A stretch of DNA of 64,000 bases from an uncultured Clostridia bacterium (GCA_948562205.1 CAOYAN010000002.1:42660-106659); one strand, 5' to 3'; shown: positions 20,519-29,950, numbered from the stretch's first letter. Numbers and translations are program-made. The notes: a model not told the origin generated them from the letters alone.

Positions 20519-20806
20519 TAAAAAGTCACCATACAAAAATGGTGATTTTTTGTATTTTGAAACTTTGAATAAAATATAAAAGTATAGAAAAGCAATATAT
20601 AAGTTTGAAAAATTAATAATATTATTTTTCTTTTATTTAAAATGAATAAAAAAATATATATTGAACCAAAATGAAAGTAGGGACTATAAAATCTAATCTC
20701 ATTTAATATATTACTTTTTTTAAAAAATATATAAAATCTTTTATTGTTTAAAGTAATATGATATAATTTTATTATAGTATATTAAATACTTAATGAGGAG
20801 GAAAAA

Positions 20807-23446
20807 ATGATAGATAAAATAAGTAAACAAAAAAATAAAATATTATATAAAACTATGATTTGTTTAGTTTTAAGTATTATTTTTTTAAATATTTTAAATC
20901 CAGTTCATGCAGTAATAAAAGAGGACTTGCCTGTATCTGAATTAAAAGATGAGTTTCCAGGAAGTTATAAACCATATATAGAGAAATTAAAAGAGATACA
21001 TCCTAATTGGGTATTTAAGGCTGTATATACAAATTTAGATTGGAATTTAGTATTGAAGCATGAATCATATGAAGTAAATCCAGAAATTAGCTTGATAAAT
21101 AAGTATGATTATAATGAAAAATGGTTATATAATGGAGATAACATTGCTCATGATGGCCCATTTTATACTGCTTCTAAATCAGCTGTAGCTTATGCATTAG
21201 ATCCTAGAAATTTTTTAAGCGAAACTTGTATATTTCAATTTGAAACATTAAGTTTTTCTGAAAATGTACATACTATAAGTAGTGTTGAAAAAGTACTTCT
21301 AGGTACAAAAATGGCAAGTGAGGAATACAAAAATAAATATAAATGTAAGGGCGAATGGATAGAGATGAGTGAGACTTATTCTGAGATGATTGTAAGACTT
21401 TCTAAAAAATATAATATTAGCCCTACTCATGTAGCCTCAAGAATAAGACAAGAAAATAGTGGAAATGTAGTTGATGGAGCTCTGATTAATGGTGATCATG
21501 GTGTATATAATTTCTTTAATATTGGTGCTGTTCCTGGTTCTGATGGTAATAGTGCTGTAACTAATGGTCTAAATTATGCAAAAAATAACGGATGGACTAC
21601 ACCTGAAAAATCTATAGAGGCAGGAATTGCAGTTCTTGTTAAAAATTATATACAATATGGTCAAGATACAATATATTTCCAAAAATTTGATGTAAATAAT
21701 CCTTATGGAAATGCTAGCTCTTTATTTGCATTTCAATATATGACAAATATAATGGCTCCATTTAATGAGTCAAAGTCAGCATATAATGGATATGTAAAAG
21801 CAGATATGATTAATTCTGCATTTGAGTTCCACATACCAGTATATAATAATATGCCAAAAACTGCATCTCCATCACCAGAAGATGATAATCATTATAATGA
21901 GTTTGTTACAATAAAGAATAACACATATTATTACAATAGTGATGGTGAAAAAGTAACAGGATGGCAAGATATAGATGGAAATAGATACTACTTTGATCAA
22001 AGCGGTGTTATGTTTAAGGGAATAAATGTAGTAGATGGTGTAAAATATTTCTTTGGAGTTACTAAAGGTAGAGTAATGAAAGGATGGTTAAATTACGATG
22101 GAGCTACATACTATATGAATGAAGAAACAGGAGAAGTAGCAAGCGGAGTAACAAGAGTAGATGGAAAAGACTATTTCTTTGGAATAAAGAAAAACAGATT
22201 AATGAGAGGATTAATAAATGATAATGGAACTCTGTATTATACAGACAATAATGGATTACTACAAACAGGAATGATACAAATAGATGGAAAGTGGTATTAT
22301 TTTGGAGAAGATTATACAGCAGTGAGTGGACTAAAAGAAATAGATAATTTAACATATTATTTTGATCCAGATACAAAGGTAAGAGCAAGTGGAATAACAG
22401 AGGTAGAAGGAAAAAAATATTTCTTTGGAATAACTAAAGGAAAGATGATGAAAGGATTTCTAAATTACGATGGAGCTACATACTATATGAATGAAGAAAC
22501 AGGAGAAGTAGCAAGCGGAGTAACAAGAGTAGATGGAAAAGACTATTTCTTTGGAATAAAGAAAAACAGATTAATGAGAGGATTAATAAATGATAATGGA
22601 ACTCTGTATTATACAGACAATAATGGATTACTACAAACAGGAATGATACAAATAGATGGAAAGTGGTATTATTTTGGAGAAGATTATACAGCAGTAAGTG
22701 GACTAAAAGAAATAGATAATTTAACATATTATTTTGATCCAGAGACAAAGGTAAGAGCAAGTGGAATAACAGAAGTAGAAGGAAAAAAATATTTCTTTGG
22801 GATAACAAAAGGAAAAATGATGAAAGGCTGGTTAACATATAATGGATTAACATATTATATGGATGAAGAAACAGGAGAAATGGCACATAGAGTAAGCATA
22901 ATAGATTCAAAACCATACTTCTTTGGAGTAAGAACATATAAATTAATGAGAGGTTTAATAAATGATAATGGAACTCTATATTATGCTAATAGTGATGGTA
23001 TACTACAGACTGGAATGATACAAATAGATGGAAATTGGTATTATTTTGGAGAGGATTATACAGCAGTAAGTGGACTAAAAGAAATAGATAATTTAACATA
23101 TTATTTTGATCCAGAGACAAAAGTTAGGGCAAGTGGAATAACAGAAGTAGATGGAAAAAAATATTTCTTTGGAATAACAAAGGGAAAAATGATGAAAGGC
23201 TGGTTAACATATAATGGATTAACATATTATATGAATGAGACAACAGGAGAAATGGCACATAGAGTAAGCATAATAGATTCAAAACCATATTTCTTTGGAG
23301 TAAGAACATATAAATTAATGAGAGGTCTAATAAATGATAATGGAACATTATACTATGCAGATAGTAATGGTATATTACAAACAGGTAAACATGTAATAAA
23401 TGGTGTTACATATGATTTTGATAAAGATACCTATAAAGCAAAATAA
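20807..23446 (+). CDS. autolysin: N-terminal mannosyl-glycoprotein endo-beta-N-acetylglucosaminidase domain plus C-terminal choline/cell-wall-binding (YYF/GW-type) repeats
   Basis: Signal peptide; glucosaminidase region ...NISPTHVASRIRQENSG...; the C-terminal ~520 aa consist of 20-aa CW_binding_1-like repeats (G..YYF). Confidence 0.7.
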   Translation: MIDKISKQKNKILYKTMICLVLSIIFLNILNPVHAVIKEDLPVSELKDEFPGSYKPYIEKLKEIHPNWVFKAVYTNLDWNLVLKHESYEVNPEISLINKYDYNEKWLYNGDNIAHDGPFYTASKSAVAYALDPRNFLSETCIFQFETLSFSENVHTISSVEKVLLGTKMASEEYKNKYKCKGEWIEMSETYSEMIVRLSKKYNISPTHVASRIRQENSGNVVDGALINGDHGVYNFFNIGAVPGSDGNSAVTNGLNYAKNNGWTTPEKSIEAGIAVLVKNYIQYGQDTIYFQKFDVNNPYGNASSLFAFQYMTNIMAPFNESKSAYNGYVKADMINSAFEFHIPVYNNMPKTASPSPEDDNHYNEFVTIKNNTYYYNSDGEKVTGWQDIDGNRYYFDQSGVMFKGINVVDGVKYFFGVTKGRVMKGWLNYDGATYYMNEETGEVASGVTRVDGKDYFFGIKKNRLMRGLINDNGTLYYTDNNGLLQTGMIQIDGKWYYFGEDYTAVSGLKEIDNLTYYFDPDTKVRASGITEVEGKKYFFGITKGKMMKGFLNYDGATYYMNEETGEVASGVTRVDGKDYFFGIKKNRLMRGLINDNGTLYYTDNNGLLQTGMIQIDGKWYYFGEDYTAVSGLKEIDNLTYYFDPETKVRASGITEVEGKKYFFGITKGKMMKGWLTYNGLTYYMDEETGEMAHRVSIIDSKPYFFGVRTYKLMRGLINDNGTLYYANSDGILQTGMIQIDGNWYYFGEDYTAVSGLKEIDNLTYYFDPETKVRASGITEVDGKKYFFGITKGKMMKGWLTYNGLTYYMNETTGEMAHRVSIIDSKPYFFGVRTYKLMRGLINDNGTLYYADSNGILQTGKHVINGVTYDFDKDTYKAK
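22091..23400 (+). repeat. tandem 372-bp (124-codon) coding repeats inside the autolysin gene; copies 1/2 and 3/4 are near-identical
   Basis: The block at 22091-22462 recurs almost base-for-base at 22463-22834. A diverged pair follows at ~22835-23206 and 23207-23400. Confidence 0.85.
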
Positions 23447-23610
23447 ATAAAAACATCTCTTTAAAGTATTTTAGTATACTTTAGAGATGTTTTTTCTATC
23501 TTTTAATTAAAAATATTTATCTTAATTGTAGATTAAAAAAATATATGATAAAATATAACTAAATATGATAAACAAAATTTTATATTTTTGTTTTGAATTT
23601 AGGAGGATAT

Positions 23611-26331
23611 ATGAAAGATATAAGTGAGGATCAAAGATTAATAAAAAAAATTGCTAAAAAAATTCAAGAAAAAGGTGGAAGAATATATTATGTTGGTGGA
23701 TATGTAAGAGATAAAAAGCTAGGAATCGAAAACAAGGATATTGATGTAGAAATATATGGCATTGATTTTGAAGAAATAACTAATATACTATCAGAGTTTG
23801 GTAAAATAGATTTAGTAGGAGCTTCCTTTGGGATTTATAAAATTCAGGGAGTAGATATAGATTTTTGTTTTCCAAGAAGAGAAACTTTAATAGGAAAAGG
23901 CCATAAAGATTTTGATGTATCAATTGATCCATATATTTCAACTAAAGATGCAGCTAGAAGAAGAGATTTTACAATAAATTCAATTATGCAAGATGTAAAT
24001 ACAGGTGAATTTGTAGATAATTTTGGTGGCATACAAGATTTAGAAAGAAAGATTATAAAACATATAGATGATAAAACATTTGTAGAAGATCCACTAAGAG
24101 TACTTAGAGCTTGTCAATTTGCAGCAAGACTAGGATTTGATATAGATGAGAATACTGTATCCATATGTAAAACACTTGATATTTCTGTTCTACCACAAGA
24201 GAGAATTTATGAAGAAGTGAGAAAAGGACTTTTAAAAGCTAGTAAGCCATCTATCTTTATACAAAAACTAATTGAAATCGAAAAATTAGAATCAATATTT
24301 CCAGGAATTCATATTGAGGATGTAAAATTACAACAATTATATGAATTATTAGATAAAAGTGCAGCAAATAAACAATTTTCAAATAATCCTGAGTACTTTA
24401 TGTTTTCATCACTTATATATGGACTAAAAAAGGTAGATAGTGATTTAGATATTAATAATATGACAAAAAGATTATCAAAAGATAAAGCATTTAATGAATC
24501 AATACAAAATTTAGTTAATAATAAATTAACATTAGATGATTATATAGAAAATAACGAAGATATATCTGATTATGATTTAAAAAAGCTTGCTATATCTAGT
24601 ATAGATAAATATAAAGTGTTTAATATTGATGATTTATTACTCCTTGATAATTCAAGTGAAATGAATAGAGAAAATGGTATAACTAATGAATTATTAGAAG
24701 AAAAAGTAAGTAAAATTGGTTTAAATGAAAGAAGAACAATAGATGGAAAATATACAGGAGAGGATTTAAAAAGAATGGGAGTTCCTGTAAGTAAAGCATA
24801 TAAAGATATACTAAGAAAAGCTTTTGATTTACAATTACAAAATGCTACAGATGAGAAAATTCAAGAATATCTTAATGGTGTAGCAAAGGAAGAAATAATA
24901 AAAAGTGTTGCTACTAAAATAGAGAAAGAGGGAGGACATTGCTATTTCTTTGGTGGATATGTAAGGGATAAAATAATAGGGAAAAAACCAAATGATATGG
25001 ATGTACAAGTTATAGGAATAACTAATAAAAGATTTAATGATATTTTAGGAAAATATGGAGAGGTTTTATCTGTTGGCAAATCTTTTCCAATATCTAAATT
25101 AAGGACTGGAATTGATATAGATTTCTTATCTCCAGAAGATGATAATGGAAATTTATTATCTACCGAAGATGCCCAAAGACGAATTGATTTTACTATGAAT
25201 ACAGTTTTTGAAAATGCACTAACAGGTGAAATGATAGACAATTTTAATGGAATACAAGATATAAAAAGTAAAATTATAAGAATGACTGATAAAGAAACAT
25301 TTGTTAGTGATAAAGTAAGAAGTCTTAGAGCTTGTAGATTTGCTAGTGAACTAGGATTTTCTATTTCACAAGATACAATAGATGTATGTAAAAAGTTTGA
25401 TTTTGCTGATATTTCAAATTCTAGAGTATATGAAGAAGTGAAAAAAACTTTATTAAGATCAAAAAAGCCATCCGTCTTTTTTAATAATGCTTATGATATG
25501 GATATTGTAGGAAAATTATTTTCTCCAATGGAAAAAATGAAAGGATTAGAACAAGAGCCTAAATTTCATCCAGAGGGTGATGTATGGGAACATACAATGA
25601 GAGTATTGGATTTTGCAGCATCATATAGAGATGAAGCGCAAGATAAAATATCGTTTATGTTTGGTGCATTATGTCATGATTTTGGGAAAATTAGTAAAAC
25701 TGTTATAGATATAGATGAAAGTGGTAATAAAAAAATTACTTCATTTGGTCATGATGTTGAAACAAAAGAAAGTAAGTTGTTTATGGAAAGCATAGGAGTT
25801 CCTAAAAAAGTAATGAACAATGCTATTGCATTACAAAAAACTCACATGAGACCAGATACACTATATAGGGAAAATTGCAAATTATCTACTATAAGAAAGT
25901 TAATTGAGGATTCTAATAATCAATTAAATGACTGTTTGCTAATATCAAATTCTGATAGACTTGGAAGTGGAATAGAAGTTACTCAAGAAAAATTAGACTA
26001 TATTGATAATAGAAGAAAATGGTATGAAGAAAAAAATAGAGAATTACAAGAAATGAAAGAAAAAAGTAAAGTTGAAGTTATATCTGGTAAAGAATTAATT
26101 GATTTGGGATTTAAACCAGGACCTTTGTTTCGTGTAATACAAGATGAATATAAAAAGATGTCTTATGATGGTATATCAAAAGAAGAAACTATAAAACATC
26201 TATTAGAAAAATATGGTAAAAAAATAGAAAAAGAAGATATTTCAGCTGTTGTTGAAGGTATTTCTTTTGATGAAGTAAGTGAAGTACTAGATAAAATGAA
26301 AGAAAGAGAAATTGAAGGAGAGGTATTATAA
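23611..26331 (+). CDS. two-headed CCA-type tRNA nucleotidyltransferase-like protein (two class II Pol-beta-like head domains, HD domain, C-terminal extension)
   Basis: Head 1: GGRIYYVGGYVRDKKLG...DIDVEIYG...AARRRDFTINS...EDPLRVLRA. Head 2: GGHCYFFGGYVRDKIIG...DMDVQVIG...AQRRIDFTMNT...SDKVRSLRA. HD motif: HPEGDVWEHT...ALCHDFGK. AGGAGG ribosome-binding site before ATG 23611. Confidence 0.65.
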   Translation: MKDISEDQRLIKKIAKKIQEKGGRIYYVGGYVRDKKLGIENKDIDVEIYGIDFEEITNILSEFGKIDLVGASFGIYKIQGVDIDFCFPRRETLIGKGHKDFDVSIDPYISTKDAARRRDFTINSIMQDVNTGEFVDNFGGIQDLERKIIKHIDDKTFVEDPLRVLRACQFAARLGFDIDENTVSICKTLDISVLPQERIYEEVRKGLLKASKPSIFIQKLIEIEKLESIFPGIHIEDVKLQQLYELLDKSAANKQFSNNPEYFMFSSLIYGLKKVDSDLDINNMTKRLSKDKAFNESIQNLVNNKLTLDDYIENNEDISDYDLKKLAISSIDKYKVFNIDDLLLLDNSSEMNRENGITNELLEEKVSKIGLNERRTIDGKYTGEDLKRMGVPVSKAYKDILRKAFDLQLQNATDEKIQEYLNGVAKEEIIKSVATKIEKEGGHCYFFGGYVRDKIIGKKPNDMDVQVIGITNKRFNDILGKYGEVLSVGKSFPISKLRTGIDIDFLSPEDDNGNLLSTEDAQRRIDFTMNTVFENALTGEMIDNFNGIQDIKSKIIRMTDKETFVSDKVRSLRACRFASELGFSISQDTIDVCKKFDFADISNSRVYEEVKKTLLRSKKPSVFFNNAYDMDIVGKLFSPMEKMKGLEQEPKFHPEGDVWEHTMRVLDFAASYRDEAQDKISFMFGALCHDFGKISKTVIDIDESGNKKITSFGHDVETKESKLFMESIGVPKKVMNNAIALQKTHMRPDTLYRENCKLSTIRKLIEDSNNQLNDCLLISNSDRLGSGIEVTQEKLDYIDNRRKWYEEKNRELQEMKEKSKVEVISGKELIDLGFKPGPLFRVIQDEYKKMSYDGISKEETIKHLLEKYGKKIEKEDISAVVEGISFDEVSEVLDKMKEREIEGEVL

Positions 26332-26555
26332 TGGAGAAAAAATACATAGATGCCTTTTATGAGGCTTATCAAATAATTAATATGTTAGATGAGAAATTAT
26401 ATGCTAAAATTCCTCAAAAAACTATAGATAAATTTGAAAAAATGGCTAATATTTCTACTTCAGATAAAGTTATACTTCCATATATTTCTTTAAATGAGCA
26501 AAATATTTCATATGAGGGAAGAGCATTACTAAAATTAATATCTTTGTATCTATAG
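26331..26555 (+). CDS. small hypothetical protein
   Basis: Translationally coupled to the upstream gene; no motif. Confidence 0.25.
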   Translation: MEKKYIDAFYEAYQIINMLDEKLYAKIPQKTIDKFEKMANISTSDKVILPYISLNEQNISYEGRALLKLISLYL

Positions 26556-26660
26556 TATAAATACCTATAATTATTAATTGATATAAAATTAAAAAATCAA
26601 TTTTTAAATTATTATAATATAAATTATTTTACATATAATTATAGAATAAATTATTGAATC

Positions 26661-26687
26661 ACCTCTTAAAAAGTATTTCATATAATA
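26661..26687 (+). promoter_or_regulatory. candidate sigma-K-type promoter (AC-N16-CATATAATA) in front of the yabG 5' segment
   Basis: CATATAATA at ~26679-26687 fits the sigma-K -10 consensus CATAnnnTA, with an AC dinucleotide 16 nt upstream. An AGAGGTGG ribosome-binding site and a TTG start codon follow. Confidence 0.3.
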
Positions 26688-26705
26688 CTTTAGAGGTGGT
26701 TTTTT

Positions 26706-26848
26706 TGGATACTTTTAAAGTGGGAGATATAGTAGCAAGACGATCATATAACTATGATGTATTATTTAGGATAACAAATTTAAATAATGGAATTGCAGAC
26801 CTTGTTGGAATATCTGTAAGAATAGTTGCAGATGCACTAGTAGTCTGA
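26706..26848 (+). CDS. yabG: yabG 5' segment (first ~47 codons of the sporulation-specific protease gene, terminated at the element junction)
   Basis: TTG start with an AGGTGG ribosome-binding site; encodes MDTFKVGDIVARRSYNYDVLFRITNLNNGIADLVGISVRIVADA(LVV*). This matches the YabG N-terminus as I recall it (B. subtilis MQFQIGDMVARKSYQMDVLFRI...VRLIADS). The ORF caller extended it upstream to ATG 26654. Confidence 0.75.
26828..26837 (+). other. left attachment/crossover core GCAGATGCAC (attL)
   Basis: A 10-bp sequence identical to 56773-56782 at the other end of the element, preceded by AATAG at both ends. It lies exactly where colinearity with YabG breaks. Confidence 0.65.
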
Positions 26849-27444
26849 TGACAGATTTTCCAACAATATCTAAATTGTATAGTGAAATCAATGAAAAATA
26901 CTTTAATAATAAGTTTATAAGTGTTAATAGTAAATACGTTTCTGAATTATTTAATAAAGTAAGAGAGAAAAATATAAATACGAAAATATCAATCGTTATT
27001 GATAAAGAGCCACCATTAGAACTTTTAGAAAGTGAAGATTTAATTGATAAAATTCAATATTATAGAGTATTGAATAATATTCCAAAAACTAAAATGGCAA
27101 ACTTAATAGGAGTGGATGCAGAGACATATTCAAATTATGAAAAAAAGAGAATTCCATTTGTAAATCCTGTATACGTTAATATTCTATTAGAAGAATTAAA
27201 TATTAAAGAGAAAATAGAAATACCAGAGTTTATTAAATTTATTGAGGAATATCCACTTCCCAAAATAATAAATATTCTTAAAGATGAGATGATAACTAAA
27301 TCCGATTTTATTAAGAAGAGTGGCATAAGTAGGTATGCACTTGATAGTTGGATTAAGAAAAATGGAAATCAAAAAATACAGGCCTGTATGTATGAAAAAC
27401 TATACTTATATTGGAAAAAGTATAAAGGATATGGAAAAGAGTGA
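26848..27444 (+). CDS. HTH-domain protein at the left end of the element (no ribosome-binding site; in frame with the recombinase ORF across the predicted circular junction)
   Basis: Two HTH-like segments (KTKMANLIGVDAETYSNYEKKR and ITKSDFIKKSGISRYALDSWIKK). Its ATG overlaps the yabG-segment stop, and there is no Shine-Dalgarno sequence upstream. Confidence 0.4.
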   Translation: MTDFPTISKLYSEINEKYFNNKFISVNSKYVSELFNKVREKNINTKISIVIDKEPPLELLESEDLIDKIQYYRVLNNIPKTKMANLIGVDAETYSNYEKKRIPFVNPVYVNILLEELNIKEKIEIPEFIKFIEEYPLPKIINILKDEMITKSDFIKKSGISRYALDSWIKKNGNQKIQACMYEKLYLYWKKYKGYGKE

Positions 27445-27448
27445 TTAT

Positions 27449-28306
27449 ATGGAAGAAACAAAATACATATCAATTAATGAATTAGAAGATTTTAAAAATC
27501 ATCCATATAAAGTTACTGAAGATGAGAAATTACAAGAGTTAGTTGAAAGTATAAAAATTAATGGTGTTTTATCTCCAATCATTGTTAGAAAAAAAGAAGA
27601 TAAATATGAAATAATATCAGGTCATAGAAGGAAGAAAGCTTGTATGTTAGCTAATATAAAAGAAATTCCTTGTATAGTAAAAGATTTAAATGATAATGAG
27701 GCAACTATATTAATGGTTGATAGTAATATACAAAGAGAAGAAGTCTTACCTAGTGAGAAAGCTTTTGCTTATAAAATGAAATTAGATGCTCAAAAACATC
27801 AAGGTGTAAGAAAAAATATAACTTCTGTCCGAGATGAACAGAAGTTAAAAATTACAACTAGAGATAAAATAGCTTTAGAAGTTGGAGAAAGTTCATCTAA
27901 TATTAGAAGATACATTAGGCTAACTAATTTAGTAAAAGAACTTTTAGATTTAGTTGATAATAAAAAAATAGCTTTAAGTCCAGCGGTTGAGCTTTCGTAT
28001 CTAAGTGAAAAAGAGCAAAAAAGAATATATCAAAATATAGAATTTTTAGATATTACACCTTCATATTCTCAAACAATTCGTATGAAAAAATTATCACAAT
28101 TAAATAAACTTACTTTTGAAAAAATAGATGATATAATGTTGGAGGAAAAACCTAATCAAGTTGAAAAAATAAAATTAAATTCAGCAAGATTAAAAAAAGT
28201 ATTACCTAAAAATATATCTAGCGAAAAGCAAATAGAAGATTACATTATAAAATGTATAGAAAGCGTAAAAAAAAATAAAAGATTAGATTTAGAAAATGAA
28301 AGATAA
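27449..28306 (+). CDS. ParB/Spo0J-like nuclease-domain protein
   Basis: ParB box GVLSPIIVRKKEDKYEIISGHRRKKAC followed by a helical DNA-binding region. Start taken at Met39, which has an AAGAGTGA ribosome-binding site. Confidence 0.7.
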   Translation: MEETKYISINELEDFKNHPYKVTEDEKLQELVESIKINGVLSPIIVRKKEDKYEIISGHRRKKACMLANIKEIPCIVKDLNDNEATILMVDSNIQREEVLPSEKAFAYKMKLDAQKHQGVRKNITSVRDEQKLKITTRDKIALEVGESSSNIRRYIRLTNLVKELLDLVDNKKIALSPAVELSYLSEKEQKRIYQNIEFLDITPSYSQTIRMKKLSQLNKLTFEKIDDIMLEEKPNQVEKIKLNSARLKKVLPKNISSEKQIEDYIIKCIESVKKNKRLDLENER

Positions 28307-28350
28307 TAGAGGATAAAAACTCTATTATTTTTTTGTTTGAAAGGAGTTGT

Positions 28351-29160
28351 ATGGATAGTGATGAAGAGAGAAAATTAGATTTATTTAAGATAAATGAAAC
28401 ACTAACATACAGGTTTTATCAAATGCCAAAAGAATTATTTAGGAATCCATTATATAAAGATAAATTATCTTTGGAGGCTAAAGTAACTTATACACTATTG
28501 CTTGATAGATTGGAGCTGTCAAGAATAAATAAATGGTTTAATGAGAATGGGGAGATATACTTAATTTATACAAGGCAAGAACTTATAAATGAGTTAAAAA
28601 TATCTAGGACAACAGCTTCCAAAGTGTTTAGTGAATTAAAGAAATGTAATCTAATAAAAGAGGAAAGACTAGGACAGGGAATGGCAAATAGAATTTATAT
28701 AGGTAAAATGCAATCAGAAGATTTGGAAAAATTTAAAGAGAAAACTTTCAGAAGTCCAAAAGAAGAACTTCTAGAAGTCCAAAATAGAATTTCTAGAAGT
28801 CTAAAAGAAAACACTAATAATACTGATATAAATAATACTGATTTTAATATTTATAATAGTGAAGATAAAATTTTTTTTGCAGATAGAGTTTCTTTAAAAA
28901 TGAAAGAACTAAATAATTTAGTTGAACAATATGACATTGAAAAAACAGCTAAAATAATTGTAGCATTAGATTTATATAAAAAATCTAGTGGTAAAATGTA
29001 TGTTAGCGATTATAATGCTATGTTAAATTGGGTAATAAATAAAGTTTCAAGAGATGAAAAAAAAGAGATGGAAGGTAATTTTAAAAGAAGTAATATTAGA
29101 TATAAAAATTATGAACAAAGAGAATATGATGACATAGAGTCTTTTTATGACAATATATGA
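28351..29160 (+). CDS. replication initiator protein A, N-terminal-domain family (RepA_N) of firmicute conjugative elements
   Basis: LTYRFYQMPKELFRNPLYKDKLSLEAKVTYTLLLDRLELSRINKWFNENGEIYLIYTRQELINELKISRTTASKVFSELKK is the characteristic RepA_N signature. Confidence 0.7.
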   Translation: MDSDEERKLDLFKINETLTYRFYQMPKELFRNPLYKDKLSLEAKVTYTLLLDRLELSRINKWFNENGEIYLIYTRQELINELKISRTTASKVFSELKKCNLIKEERLGQGMANRIYIGKMQSEDLEKFKEKTFRSPKEELLEVQNRISRSLKENTNNTDINNTDFNIYNSEDKIFFADRVSLKMKELNNLVEQYDIEKTAKIIVALDLYKKSSGKMYVSDYNAMLNWVINKVSRDEKKEMEGNFKRSNIRYKNYEQREYDDIESFYDNI

Positions 29161-29177
29161 TAAGAGGAGAAGTAATT

Positions 29178-29597
29178 ATGGGAGAAGTAATTGTAGAAAT
29201 AAGGGGAAATAAATTTTCTGAAATAGATATAGATAATATGCTTATAGATTTTATTATGTTAGGAGAAAATGTATATTATAAAAATCAGAAAAATATTGAA
29301 AAGCAGGTAAAAGCTTTTGTAAAAAAATATAAAAGAGATGGTATGAATATTATAACTAAAAAAAGACATTTAAAGCAATTTTTAAACTCTGCTAAATTGA
29401 TTTATCAATTAACAGGGTTTTATTCATATAAAAATACTTATGATAAATATGTATATACATTAAATCAGAATCTAAAAGGAAGTAAAGTATATTTACATTT
29501 AAAAGATGAAAAAGAATTAGTAGTAATATATAATTCTATATCGAGTTTTTTGGAAAGTTGGTTTATTCATAGAAGGTGGGAGGATTTGGTTAAATGA
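29178..29597 (+). CDS. hypothetical protein
   Basis: AAGAGGAGAAG ribosome-binding site before ATG 29178; no motif. Confidence 0.3.
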   Translation: MGEVIVEIRGNKFSEIDIDNMLIDFIMLGENVYYKNQKNIEKQVKAFVKKYKRDGMNIITKKRHLKQFLNSAKLIYQLTGFYSYKNTYDKYVYTLNQNLKGSKVYLHLKDEKELVVIYNSISSFLESWFIHRRWEDLVK

Positions 29598-29950
29598 AAG
29601 AAAATGAAATAACAATTTTATATAAAAAAGTAGATGAGAATCCGAAAGTTTTGAAAATAAAAAATACTTTAGAAGAAAAGCAAAAGTTAGTTGGTGGACT
29701 TATTGAAGTAGTACCATATATAGATAATATGCTAATTATTTGTAATGAAGAAGGAAAAATACATAATTTAGAAGAAAATATTAGATTTAGTAATGATTAT
29801 ATTGCAGGAGATTTTTTTGTAATAGGTGATGATTATGAAAATGGAGATTTCAAGTCTTTAACTAATGAAGAAATAAGAAGAGCTAAAAATGATATAAGAA
29901 ACAGAAGTGTACATTATATTAAAATGTATAATGTATTAGAGAATGAATGA
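29594..29950 (+). CDS. DUF3846-like small protein (paralog of 32762..33100)
   Basis: ITILYKKVDENPKVLKIKNTLEEKQKLVGG parallels ITILKRPNKPPEIIKIPKKLKNMAKLVDG in the later ORF. This family is common in clostridial conjugative elements. Confidence 0.4.
   Translation: MKENEITILYKKVDENPKVLKIKNTLEEKQKLVGGLIEVVPYIDNMLIICNEEGKIHNLEENIRFSNDYIAGDFFVIGDDYENGDFKSLTNEEIRRAKNDIRNRSVHYIKMYNVLENE

Noticed and set aside
22104-23348. Minus-strand ORFs 22104..22388, 22476..22937 and 23124..23348 (Leu/Phe-rich, duplicated sequences)
   Set aside because: They are antisense artefacts of the 372-bp tandem coding repeats in the autolysin gene. They are low-complexity and lack ribosome-binding sites. The duplication of the ORFs simply mirrors the DNA repeat.
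26654-26705. ATG 26654 as the yabG start, and the hairpin CACCTCT...AGAGGTG + T7 read as a terminator
   Set aside because: Homology with the YabG N-terminus begins at the TTG at 26706. AGAGGTGG lies 5 nt upstream of that TTG, so it is better explained as its ribosome-binding site. The extra 17 codons from ATG 26654 have no counterpart in YabG.
26848-27444. ORF 26848 as an ordinary independently translated first gene of the element
   Set aside because: This is only partly rejected. It lacks any Shine-Dalgarno sequence and is in frame with the recombinase across the predicted attP. I therefore treat it as a possible readthrough extension, but kept it as a low-confidence CDS.
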